The translations under genes were made by a program, and so were the position numbers. Shown piece after piece: positions 48,401 to 57,107 of a DNA stretch of 64,000 nucleotides (its first letter is position 1; each line of letters opens with the position of its first letter). The DNA is from a virus. The stretch covers positions 32,001-96,000 of IMG/VR virus record IMGVR_UViG_3300030419_003599; one strand, given 5' to 3'. A model generated the notes under the pieces. That model searched no databases. It worked only from the letters and a program-made list of their open reading frames with translations, and was not told the DNA's origin.

Positions 48401-49809
48401 TTAGCCACCTCTACAATGTCAGTGAATTGACTGGCGTCTCCCCTCCCTAACTCCCCGTTTATCCCTGACGGTTCGTAATTGAGGAACTCATGGGTCTCTT
48501 TGTCTATGTCTGTACATGACCCCTCCATGATTATACCCAGACCTTCTATGTCTTCCCAGTCTTCTTCAGGGGTGAAGCCCCTGCGGTTGAAAGTGTAGAT
48601 GATGTTAGCGCTCTGCTCTGCGTCAAGAGTGAGCGTGTGTATATGATAAGCATCAAACCCGTCAAGGGCTGCTAACCTCAAACACACAAAGCCGTCTTGG
48701 TCTTTCTTGGCGTGAGTCACTAGTAGCCGGAATTGGAATGCATGATGTATGAGAATCCAACCGCCCTTATCCCCCGGTTTATATGGCCCCGGCTCTACTA
48801 TACGAGCCATGTCGCCATCTCCTAACATCTCCATGATATCTACGGCTGCTTCATGCCCAGTTAAGAGGAGAGGCTGCACTACTTTCAGCCGTTTTTCGTG
48901 ATGAGACCACGGCTCTAGTTTAGCCAGCCTTTCTTCGTAAGACAGATGTATAGTAGAGCCATTGTGGAACAGGCAGTCGGTCACTGCCCACAGCCTGTCG
49001 TTGATAGACTCCACTTCAACTATCCAATTACCGCGTGGCCGGTGCCCACTCCACATGGAATGCAGGCTGACACACCTCTCTCCGTTACGGTTACGGAGGG
49101 CTGCTTTACCGTCATGTATGTGTAAAAATCTCCGTGGGCCTCTCACTATGTCAAGGAAGCATCCTTCAGGGGTGGTGCTTTTTCCCCACGGATGATAGTT
49201 AGCCCCTCTAACTGGGCTTTCCGCTCTAGGTTTGAGTGACGGGATAGTCTCGGGAGAATGGAGTAGGCGATTGACGACCTCAAGAAATGGTGTAGTGGAG
49301 TAGGCAAGCAATGTATCATCAGGTGAAAAGTCCCATTCGGGAGTTCTCACGCACGCTAAAGCATAGATGAATGACCCTCTTGTGAAATTGGAGGGACTCT
49401 TTGAAAGGGCAGCAGTCCAAAATAAGAGGGCTTCCAACTCATTCATTTGTTGAGTGAGACCAAGAATGTCGTACCTCTCAATCTCTTTTAGTATGGCTAA
49501 GGCTTGCTTTACTGTCAGTCCTTCTGACTCGTAGTCCCGCGATTCAGAAGCGAGCGCTTGAGGGAATGTCTCTCCCTTCAAACTGTTAAGCGGGGTATGA
49601 GAATATACATTGGCTTCGTCTGCTAGTTTAAGGCGGAGGTTCTTGGCACTGGTATAGGGGCCGTTGTATAGTAACTCGCAAGCGGTGATAAAATCTTCAT
49701 CATCACCCGCCTCAAGCATTGCGGTAATAACAGCAGACTTTTGCCAAAAGTTAGGCTTTTCATTACACCACAAATCTGCAACTAATAAAGCGAGAGTTTC
49801 TAATTTCAT
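48397..49809 (-). CDS. ATP-dependent DNA ligase homolog, catalytic motifs degenerate
   Basis: Recognisable layout (GPRRFLH..RNRNG, IVEVE, VTDCLFHNG, SYEERL, PYKPG..GW, OB-like tail) but no motif-I lysine. Confidence 0.7.
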   Translation of the reverse strand: MKLETLALLVADLWCNEKPNFWQKSAVITAMLEAGDDEDFITACELLYNGPYTSAKNLRLKLADEANVYSHTPLNSLKGETFPQALASESRDYESEGLTVKQALAILKEIERYDILGLTQQMNELEALLFWTAALSKSPSNFTRGSFIYALACVRTPEWDFSPDDTLLAYSTTPFLEVVNRLLHSPETIPSLKPRAESPVRGANYHPWGKSTTPEGCFLDIVRGPRRFLHIHDGKAALRNRNGERCVSLHSMWSGHRPRGNWIVEVESINDRLWAVTDCLFHNGSTIHLSYEERLAKLEPWSHHEKRLKVVQPLLLTGHEAAVDIMEMLGDGDMARIVEPGPYKPGDKGGWILIHHAFQFRLLVTHAKKDQDGFVCLRLAALDGFDAYHIHTLTLDAEQSANIIYTFNRRGFTPEEDWEDIEGLGIIMEGSCTDIDKETHEFLNYEPSGINGELGRGDASQFTDIVEVAK

Positions 49810-49812
49810 ACC

Positions 49813-50547
49813 TCACTCCTCCTCACCCCCGCTGTCGGAGGGTGGCTTAGCGAACAGGCAATAAGTGCCGCGTATATGTGGGGGGACAGGCTCTCCTTCA
49901 TGCGTAGAACCTAGAGGTGCGCACATCTCAGCGGCTACCCCTCCATCTACCAAATCAACTACTTGCTCCCGTGTGAGCACTGTAAATGTCCCTGTAGGAG
50001 TCCTCCATTGGAAAAATAAGTCGTCCCCTCCTAGCAAACCATAGTCTTGGGGGTCTATCTGGAATTGAGTAGAACATTCATCGCATTCTAATGACACTAC
50101 CCATCTTTCAATTTCAACGCCTTTACCCTCATCATCAAGGGCTGCTTGCATCCCTTGTGTTTCCCACATCCCATCTTCTAATGGCATATCCACTAACTTG
50201 TGGTCACACTCTACATTAGGGCAATCCCATTGAGCGGCAATCTCTTGCTGCCTGAGCAATTCTTGGAACTGCGCTTCTTGTGGATTGAGTGACGGGACTA
50301 CCATCTCTGCTTGGCTCTCTTCTACTATCCAGTCAGTGCTTTCTAATGTCGCCAAAACTCTCCGGTGCATCTCTCCAGATTCAGGGTGCTGAGTGATGCG
50401 CCGTAAGGTGAGTTCCTCATCACCTGTGCGCTCGTATTCTAACCCTGTCCCGCCCGGAGCCCAAACTCCACCTATCCTAATTCCTGTTAAATGACCTAAT
50501 GTCCATTCTATGTCTTCACTAGTCGGCTCCCAATTTTCTGTATTCAT
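49813..50547 (-). CDS. Hypothetical protein with Zn-binding motifs
   Basis: CPNVEC...CDEC; coupled to the upstream gene. Confidence 0.6.
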   Translation of the reverse strand: MNTENWEPTSEDIEWTLGHLTGIRIGGVWAPGGTGLEYERTGDEELTLRRITQHPESGEMHRRVLATLESTDWIVEESQAEMVVPSLNPQEAQFQELLRQQEIAAQWDCPNVECDHKLVDMPLEDGMWETQGMQAALDDEGKGVEIERWVVSLECDECSTQFQIDPQDYGLLGGDDLFFQWRTPTGTFTVLTREQVVDLVDGGVAAEMCAPLGSTHEGEPVPPHIRGTYCLFAKPPSDSGGEEE

Positions 50548-52370
50548 TTCTTCACCTCATATGTCTGTGTAGTATTAGACCCCCACCCTTTGTGATGTTC
50601 TTTCACCCAAATTACCCTGCCTCTCATCTCTTTGTATCGTTCCGAGCGCAGCGTCCTGAAATGGCCTCTCACTTGGTGGTATCGTGTCCCACTGCCCTCT
50701 GCTGAGGCAATCCTATTTACATACCTTTTGACTTCACCGGAGAGACGGATGGTCTTACGCTCGGGCAACGGGGGTAATCCTTGTCTTTTTCTCCTAGCCT
50801 CTCTTTTCTTGATTGCTTTGGCACTGCCCTTTTGCCCAGCATCTACCCATTCTACATCGGGGAGTTGGATGAATAAGAGCAAACCAATAATGAAATCTAC
50901 TATGTAGCGGTCGTCCTTGGTGTCCCCAGATTTACGGGGACGGGTAGGGAACTCGGGCTCTTCATCCCAAGTGCATACCCCTAACTCCCTACTATATCTA
51001 TGGCGCTCGGGGGTCCCATCAGCAGTTACGCTTGCTTCAACCCAATCAATTAGCCAACTCCTTTTGTTATCAAACTCTCCAGATGAAGCATTACAGACAA
51101 TGATAGGTCGGTTAGTGTGGGGGATATCACTCCATTCCATCTCAAGCGTTTCACATGTGCTCATGTCAAATACAACCGCTTTCTGTGTGTTATCATTAAA
51201 CCTGTATTTTTCCCATTGTGTATTATCTATTTCATGGAGAGTGAGTCCCTCAAGTAAGGTACCGCTTGGCAGCGGGAGCCTGACATCAAGGTACATAGAA
51301 GAGTAAGGCAACCTCATGAACTCTGGATGGATGCGGCTGGGCAAACCTTGGTTAATGATTAATTCTCTAGTATCGGGGTCTATCACGAAAGACATGGACT
51401 CTCTTAATTGTTTAATGTACGAACCGACGCTTCTATTGCGCATGTCCAACTCAGCACTATGGCGCGCCCATGTCTCGTAATTACTCGTATCGTAATATTT
51501 TTCCAAGGCTCCCCCTGATTCTAATAGTAACCTCTCAATGAAATCACCGTTGCTGTGCTTTGTGTATATAGAGTGTTTTGATTCTGGCATCATCGTATTC
51601 TCTGCCCAATGAAAGAGGCGATTCTTGAGCATCCAGTCACGACAATCCGAGGTAGTGTCCTTTAGCCAGTCGCTAACCGCGGCCTCAAAGGGGTTATCAG
51701 AGTACCATTCTGCTTTTGGGCCGTCTTTGGAACCGACTAACGCAACCATTTCTTCCAAATGTGATAAGTATTTTTCCTTGGGCGCCCCGAAGAAAAGCCC
51801 ATTGAGAAAAACTAAGTTGTAGAACAAAGTGTGGCGTTTTTTTGGGAGTTTATTTTGCTTGTAAGCCTCGCCAATATTGTCTAATATTTTCGCATATGCC
51901 CCTTTACACATGGCTTCATATGCTTGCTTATGATACAAAATACCCATTTTTTCCTCAAAGTCCATCCGGCTGAATCCATAATGGAATGCATCTATGGCTT
52001 CACTCTCAATCCATTCCCGATAACTCAAGTTTTTTAGGCGGTCTTCATCAAAAGTTATGATTATATCTCTACCCTCTACCTTCAAATCGGAAGGAAATAT
52101 ATTGTTAGCGTAGGCATCGCTTACGGCAAACGCCATGGCCGCTATTGAGATTGCTGAGGGGTCGTCATCAAGCCCATAATCCATGATTGGTTTAATGAAA
52201 AATATAGCATCGTTCTTAGCCTCATCAGATATCGTATCTCCGACAGAGTCATTCAAAAGACGCACTGTTTCTCTCATTATCCATGCTGGAGTATTTTTGT
52301 TTAGGGCTCTAGTCCTCTTCTTCTTAGGGCGCGCCCCCTTTCTGCGTGGGATTCTACGCCTACCCATCAA
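50544..52370 (-). CDS. Hypothetical protein with C-terminal HxVRGH motif
   Basis: Basic N-terminus; HQVRGHFR...IWVKEHHKG is a recurrent motif in phage proteins of unknown function. Confidence 0.6.
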   Translation of the reverse strand: MMGRRRIPRRKGARPKKKRTRALNKNTPAWIMRETVRLLNDSVGDTISDEAKNDAIFFIKPIMDYGLDDDPSAISIAAMAFAVSDAYANNIFPSDLKVEGRDIIITFDEDRLKNLSYREWIESEAIDAFHYGFSRMDFEEKMGILYHKQAYEAMCKGAYAKILDNIGEAYKQNKLPKKRHTLFYNLVFLNGLFFGAPKEKYLSHLEEMVALVGSKDGPKAEWYSDNPFEAAVSDWLKDTTSDCRDWMLKNRLFHWAENTMMPESKHSIYTKHSNGDFIERLLLESGGALEKYYDTSNYETWARHSAELDMRNRSVGSYIKQLRESMSFVIDPDTRELIINQGLPSRIHPEFMRLPYSSMYLDVRLPLPSGTLLEGLTLHEIDNTQWEKYRFNDNTQKAVVFDMSTCETLEMEWSDIPHTNRPIIVCNASSGEFDNKRSWLIDWVEASVTADGTPERHRYSRELGVCTWDEEPEFPTRPRKSGDTKDDRYIVDFIIGLLLFIQLPDVEWVDAGQKGSAKAIKKREARRKRQGLPPLPERKTIRLSGEVKRYVNRIASAEGSGTRYHQVRGHFRTLRSERYKEMRGRVIWVKEHHKGWGSNTTQTYEVKK

Positions 52371-52741
52371 GCCATCCTCTCTTCAAAATCTCCCTTACCG
52401 CCATTAAGAATCCAAACCATATTGTTACAACACTTAGCGGCTAGGTAAAGATGGAACTCCTCTAACATAAGAATGATGCCTCTCGGGTCAATTTTCTTCT
52501 TACAATTAGGGCAATGTTTGTAGCAATCAATTGCTTTCAACAACGCCAAAACTGTCTGGGTTTCGTAAGGACCCCCTTTAACATATTCAGGTACAGGGAA
52601 AGTCATCTCTCTCACATCGCAACTCATGCCGTCTTCGCCCGTCCAAAAACCGTCTTCACTGACGCTATCTGGGGTAACATCCAGACCTTGTATATACACG
52701 CCTATGTATTCAATGTCATCATCATCGTCTGCCATACTCAA
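52367..52741 (-). CDS. Hypothetical Cys-rich protein
   Basis: CPNC...KCC; coupled at both ends. Confidence 0.6.
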   Translation of the reverse strand: MSMADDDDDIEYIGVYIQGLDVTPDSVSEDGFWTGEDGMSCDVREMTFPVPEYVKGGPYETQTVLALLKAIDCYKHCPNCKKKIDPRGIILMLEEFHLYLAAKCCNNMVWILNGGKGDFEERMA

Positions 52742-54327
52742 CCCTCGTTTAATACAGAAAGGACTTCACTTGCTGTGGGTACCTTGTCCCCGAGACCTAC
52801 CACACCTTCTTCTGCAACGAAGGAGCGGAAATCACTCCAATCCTCTGGTGCAATAGGGCGACCGATGGTCTTTGAGTATCCCTTCATAGTAGTAGTACCC
52901 AACTTAGTGAATAAAGAATCAACTTTGCGTAGCCTGTCATCAACAGTGTTCAATTGTAGGGTGCTCCCCTTGAGGATGCGGTTCTTGCTTTTCCATTCTG
53001 GCCTGTGAGTAATAGCACCAGTCATTACTTGGTAAGCATGGAACAAAGTACCTTGGTCTTCTCCAGCACGAACCCACGGTTCGCTTGGGTTAGCCCATCC
53101 GTGTCCGAACAGTTCCCACATGTGATTACCAATCAGTTCCCCATCTTTGTTAGGACGAGGCCATGATATAAGTCCTGCTCTCTCTGACAATGTGAGTAGT
53201 CGCTGGAAGGCTTGGTCTTCTAGCCTAACATTCTTGAGTGCTTCTACATGACCAAGGCCACGCTGAGCACCTACAATTACATCATCTATGGTAGTAGCGA
53301 ACTCGTCCCAATCTATGTCACCCAAGTTGCCTTCACTATGCTTCAAGGATAAGATGTTCTGTTGCCCACCGATAACACCTGCATTGGTGCAAGCCAATCG
53401 GCGTGCTACCGCCTGCACTCTAAACGAACCTCTACCATCCAATGAATTGTGGATACTAAAGCCATATCTCCACATTTTATGGACTTGTTCTTGTAAGCCA
53501 GCGACTGTCTCAGGGGCGAGCCAACCGCTGTCGGGCTCAGCCACAGTGCTCCAGTCATTACTCAAACCAGTCCCGTAGCCAGTCCCACGATGGTGGATAG
53601 CACCCATTACATCGCAGTCTAACCTAGCCTGCCTACCTCTCTTGAAAGCAAGCACACTGGCTTGCCATCCGTTCTCCGCTGCCTTCTGTAGAATGGGGCG
53701 GAATACTTTGGGGTACGATAAAGCATAGTAACGGTCACTATAGGTGCCGAGTAATGCCCCCGCTGGCTCCCTTGCACTCCTAAAGTTAGGGTTAAATCCT
53801 AGATAAACGGCCGTCTCTCCATTCTCTTTATTCACCCTCTGCATACGAGGAGCCATAGTCTCGCTCTTCTCTTCTTGTACAGGGACATAAGCAGGTAACA
53901 TGACTGGCTCAAAATCCCAGTCACAGATTGTCTCAAATCTACCACCGCTAAGCAGCGCCCCTCCCCATACATCAGTGACGATATCTCTACCGTCATCCCC
54001 TTCAACTATGATTGTAGGAGCGTCTTCTACCTGAAATGAGGGACGGGCGTCATCAAAAGCGACATCCGGTATGTCTTCACCATTCTCCAAAGCATCCACA
54101 ACTGCGATGTCGGCGCCATCGTTTATCATCGGAGCAGCAGCCCCCTTAAAGCCATCCACTGACCTTAACACGAAGGCTGTTCTCCCATCGCTTAGTGGTG
54201 TTTGTTTGATAATGCTAGACCTAGATACCCATTCATGTCGGGTACCGCTCTGTGCCTCATATTGAATGAGGATGCGCGAGCCGCTTGCATCATCTATCTT
54301 TCCTATTACTATTGTTTTGTCTGTCAT
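52738..54327 (-). CDS. DUF932-domain protein
   Basis: NSLDGRGSFRVQAVARRLACTN...LKH motif; first gene after promoter copy 5. Confidence 0.7.
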   Translation of the reverse strand: MTDKTIVIGKIDDASGSRILIQYEAQSGTRHEWVSRSSIIKQTPLSDGRTAFVLRSVDGFKGAAAPMINDGADIAVVDALENGEDIPDVAFDDARPSFQVEDAPTIIVEGDDGRDIVTDVWGGALLSGGRFETICDWDFEPVMLPAYVPVQEEKSETMAPRMQRVNKENGETAVYLGFNPNFRSAREPAGALLGTYSDRYYALSYPKVFRPILQKAAENGWQASVLAFKRGRQARLDCDVMGAIHHRGTGYGTGLSNDWSTVAEPDSGWLAPETVAGLQEQVHKMWRYGFSIHNSLDGRGSFRVQAVARRLACTNAGVIGGQQNILSLKHSEGNLGDIDWDEFATTIDDVIVGAQRGLGHVEALKNVRLEDQAFQRLLTLSERAGLISWPRPNKDGELIGNHMWELFGHGWANPSEPWVRAGEDQGTLFHAYQVMTGAITHRPEWKSKNRILKGSTLQLNTVDDRLRKVDSLFTKLGTTTMKGYSKTIGRPIAPEDWSDFRSFVAEEGVVGLGDKVPTASEVLSVLNEG

Positions 54328-54352
54328 TCATTCACTTCCTTTTTCTATCTTA

Positions 54353-54376
54353 TTTATTGCTGATGGTTCTTAAAGG
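54353..54376 (-). promoter_or_regulatory. Conserved 24-bp promoter-like motif, copy 5
   Basis: Exact CCTTTAAGAACCATCAGCAATAAA followed by TAAGATAGA, as in copy 1. Confidence 0.8.
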
Positions 54377-54447
54377 GCACCACCTTTGGCGGGTTCCCGC
54401 AAATCTAGGGGGGGAGGGGGGGTAACAAAAATCTCGTGGGAGGTCAT
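54370..54447 (-). CDS. Pro-rich micro-ORF, 25 aa
   Basis: MTSHEIFVTPPPPLDLREPAKGGAL; TGATG coupling; contains the C7-T-C7 tract; stop lies inside promoter copy 5. Confidence 0.4.
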   Translation of the reverse strand: MTSHEIFVTPPPPLDLREPAKGGAL

Positions 54448-54557
54448 CACACCATCACCCCCGCGCAATGAGGGCAAGGGAGTTCGGGTGCAATAGCGTT
54501 CTTACCATCACACTTACCCGCTTTGCACAATAGTAGCGATAAAGGGAACTCTTTCAC
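54447..54557 (-). CDS. Micro zinc-finger-like protein, 36 aa (not in ORF track)
   Basis: MKEFPLSLLLCKAGKCDGKNAIAPELPCPHCAGVMV; GAGGTGA RBS; GTGA overlap with the upstream stop. Confidence 0.6.
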   Translation of the reverse strand: MKEFPLSLLLCKAGKCDGKNAIAPELPCPHCAGVMV

Positions 54558-55162
54558 GCTATCACCTCTCGTTCCTTCAACACACTCGCATCCAGTATCG
54601 CCATCTCCATCGGCACGGCCTCAACCTTGACGAGAGTGTCACCCGCACGGGTGCTCCATGTCATGTCCTTGATGTCCTGCACGACAGACTCAACTGCTTC
54701 TTTGTGCTTAGCATACTGCTCTTTCCAGTGCTTAGCCAGTTCCTTGTCGGTACTAATCGCCTTTTCTTGAGCCTCTATCATCGCATCAGCAATACGACCA
54801 TAGGCTGCTTGAGCAAGTGGCCCCACCTGCTCTGGTGGTGCATCGGCGGGCACTATCATCTTCACAAGCATGTCAAGCAAAACACCGACCTGCAATCCAG
54901 TTGGCACTTTGTGGGGGATGCGCTGTCTCACATCAGGGCAGCGCCGATAGCCGTGACCATCCGTCTTACCGCCTGTGTGGGGCTCAGTATTGAGTAGGAT
55001 TGTCGTACCAGTAAGCAGGTCTTGTACCAGCAACTGTGGGTCAGAGAAGGTATCACCTTCCCTGTCTGCGCGCGCCATCTCTTGCTTATGGATGACTGCC
55101 GCTAACTTGGAGAGAGCCTTACCTGCCCCGTCTGTCCATGGGAGTTCTGCCGCTTGCTTCAT
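54554..55162 (-). CDS. Hypothetical protein
   Basis: 202-aa ORF coupled to its neighbours. Confidence 0.6.
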   Translation of the reverse strand: MKQAAELPWTDGAGKALSKLAAVIHKQEMARADREGDTFSDPQLLVQDLLTGTTILLNTEPHTGGKTDGHGYRRCPDVRQRIPHKVPTGLQVGVLLDMLVKMIVPADAPPEQVGPLAQAAYGRIADAMIEAQEKAISTDKELAKHWKEQYAKHKEAVESVVQDIKDMTWSTRAGDTLVKVEAVPMEMAILDASVLKEREVIA

Positions 55163-56847
55163 GCCCCCACCCCTTTCTTACTGGGCAGGCCGATGTTACC
55201 TGCTCCTACATGCTCCTTGATTCGCATAACCTCTTCTATGTCGTAATCATGTGTGTAGGGTTGGCGTGATATCAAGTAGTCTTCAGGTAGCGTGTTATCC
55301 TTACACATGGTCGCTACTTCTTGAGGAGTGAATCTGTTAGGCGACCCTTCTGGGAATGGTATTCTGTATGTTTCATTCCGTTGTGTCACGAAAAGAGTCT
55401 CTAGCGGAATGCCGCCAGCCGACTTATAGGACGCAGTCAAATGTGGTGACGCGTCTATTATGAAATTAAGTGCCTTTTGCGGGTCGTTGAATATGAAAGG
55501 TAATGCATTCGTATTTCTGTTACCCCATTTGTCTATTGTTACATATGCTACTTGAAAGGCGATAGGGGTGTTCTCTTCGGCAGACTGCCAGTAACCACTC
55601 ATATTCCCGTCATGGATAAAGCACCAACCGTTTTCCACCTCACCATCTCTGCGCGCCAATTCTGCTATAACTGCATCACGCTCACGCTTCTGGATGATGC
55701 CAGCCCACCACTTCAAGCAATAATGACCACGGGTGCCGCGCTCTTCTTGAACGGAGCGGGTCATTTGTACATCTGTATCTTCCATCTCCCCAGTCTCATT
55801 ACCATCCTCATCTAACACCGCCCTTTGAATCATGACTGGCTCGCCTTCCTCATTTGTGACAGGCACTTCCACACTCTCATACCATGTTGAGCGCAACCAA
55901 TCACGACTCTCTGTTCGGCAACGCTGGGCTGACTTACTTAGTTCCTTGATTACATAGTCATCCTCAATGTGATTAGCCAAGAACTCGTCAGGGTCATCTA
56001 GGTCATAGAGATAGCGCATATGACCATTTGGATATCTAATCTCCCAACTGGCATCCCATTTTGCCCATTCCGTCTCTATGTATAGAGGGTTCTCATCATC
56101 ATCCACCCAATACACTGGCACAGTCTCTTTCACTGGACCATCGTGGTGCAAACAAGGATTCTCTTCCCAACCGCACTCCCCTTTGTATTGACCAGTGCTT
56201 CTACCGAAATAACCGAACAAATGCCACCACTGCTCATCAGTATAGTGCTCAAGTAGCCACCGGATTTTCTGACCATGAGTAGTGCTGACATTAGTTCCAT
56301 CTTCATTTTCCCACTTATCGTATGTTGGAGGCAGTTCCTCCTCACCATATTGTTCTTGGATGTTTTCCATTTGTATAGTGAAGTACTTTTTACCCCTCTT
56401 GATATCATTCCCCACACCTATTTCTTTGTGCCTTATGCTTCCTAGTGGCTCATGGGACTTTTTCCTCCAATGATATTGCGCCTTTGGGTTATGTCCTTTG
56501 AACTCTAACATGAAGTACTCAGTCTTGTAGCCCGAAAACATGTCTGAACCGCATGACATTTGGCTCCTCACATTTAGTGTCTTGTGAGTATAAAGATAGT
56601 TGTACCCAGCAGCGCGCCGAGTTCGGTGATTAACCAAGTCCTTGGTGCGCGCTGTACCATCTGCACCCACATCGTACAGTTGGTCAATAAGCGCCGCATC
56701 GCACGGTAGAAGGTCTTTCTCTTGCGCCCACCAACCGCGCTTCATGCCAATGGCCGCAGCCATCTCTTCTTGTTTCCGTTCATCTCTATCTGACACAACC
56801 CCACGGTTACGCCATTCACTCATGGTTGCTCTCAAATCTATGTACAT
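55159..56847 (-). CDS. Hypothetical protein
   Basis: 562-aa ORF, first after promoter copy 6; GAGGTGG RBS. Confidence 0.65.
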   Translation of the reverse strand: MYIDLRATMSEWRNRGVVSDRDERKQEEMAAAIGMKRGWWAQEKDLLPCDAALIDQLYDVGADGTARTKDLVNHRTRRAAGYNYLYTHKTLNVRSQMSCGSDMFSGYKTEYFMLEFKGHNPKAQYHWRKKSHEPLGSIRHKEIGVGNDIKRGKKYFTIQMENIQEQYGEEELPPTYDKWENEDGTNVSTTHGQKIRWLLEHYTDEQWWHLFGYFGRSTGQYKGECGWEENPCLHHDGPVKETVPVYWVDDDENPLYIETEWAKWDASWEIRYPNGHMRYLYDLDDPDEFLANHIEDDYVIKELSKSAQRCRTESRDWLRSTWYESVEVPVTNEEGEPVMIQRAVLDEDGNETGEMEDTDVQMTRSVQEERGTRGHYCLKWWAGIIQKRERDAVIAELARRDGEVENGWCFIHDGNMSGYWQSAEENTPIAFQVAYVTIDKWGNRNTNALPFIFNDPQKALNFIIDASPHLTASYKSAGGIPLETLFVTQRNETYRIPFPEGSPNRFTPQEVATMCKDNTLPEDYLISRQPYTHDYDIEEVMRIKEHVGAGNIGLPSKKGVGA

Positions 56848-56871
56848 TTATTCCACCTCTTGGTCAATTAC

Positions 56872-56895
56872 TATATTGTTGATGGTTCTTAAAGG
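56872..56895 (-). promoter_or_regulatory. Conserved 24-bp promoter-like motif, copy 6
   Basis: Minus strand CCTTTAAGAACCATCAACAATATA. Confidence 0.78.
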
Positions 56896-56921
56896 AAAAC
56901 TAGACTGGCGAAGGTGAGCAC

Positions 56922-57107
56922 TCATTCGCTATGATGCTCACAGTAATCACCATTTATCGCCAACTTGCGACAACGACTCCGCCTGTTGGTTATACCCATA
57001 CACCTATGGGATTCGGGGGCAGTCACTCTGCATTTGTGGCAAACATTTGATTTGGGGCGGGGTGTCATCGTGTTGTTGCAGATTCTACACTTATGCTGCC
57101 CGACCAT
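56922..57107 (-). CDS. Small double zinc-finger protein
   Basis: CRIC...CHKC and CMGITNRRSRC...YCEHH. Confidence 0.65.
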   Translation of the reverse strand: MVGQHKCRICNNTMTPRPKSNVCHKCRVTAPESHRCMGITNRRSRCRKLAINGDYCEHHSE

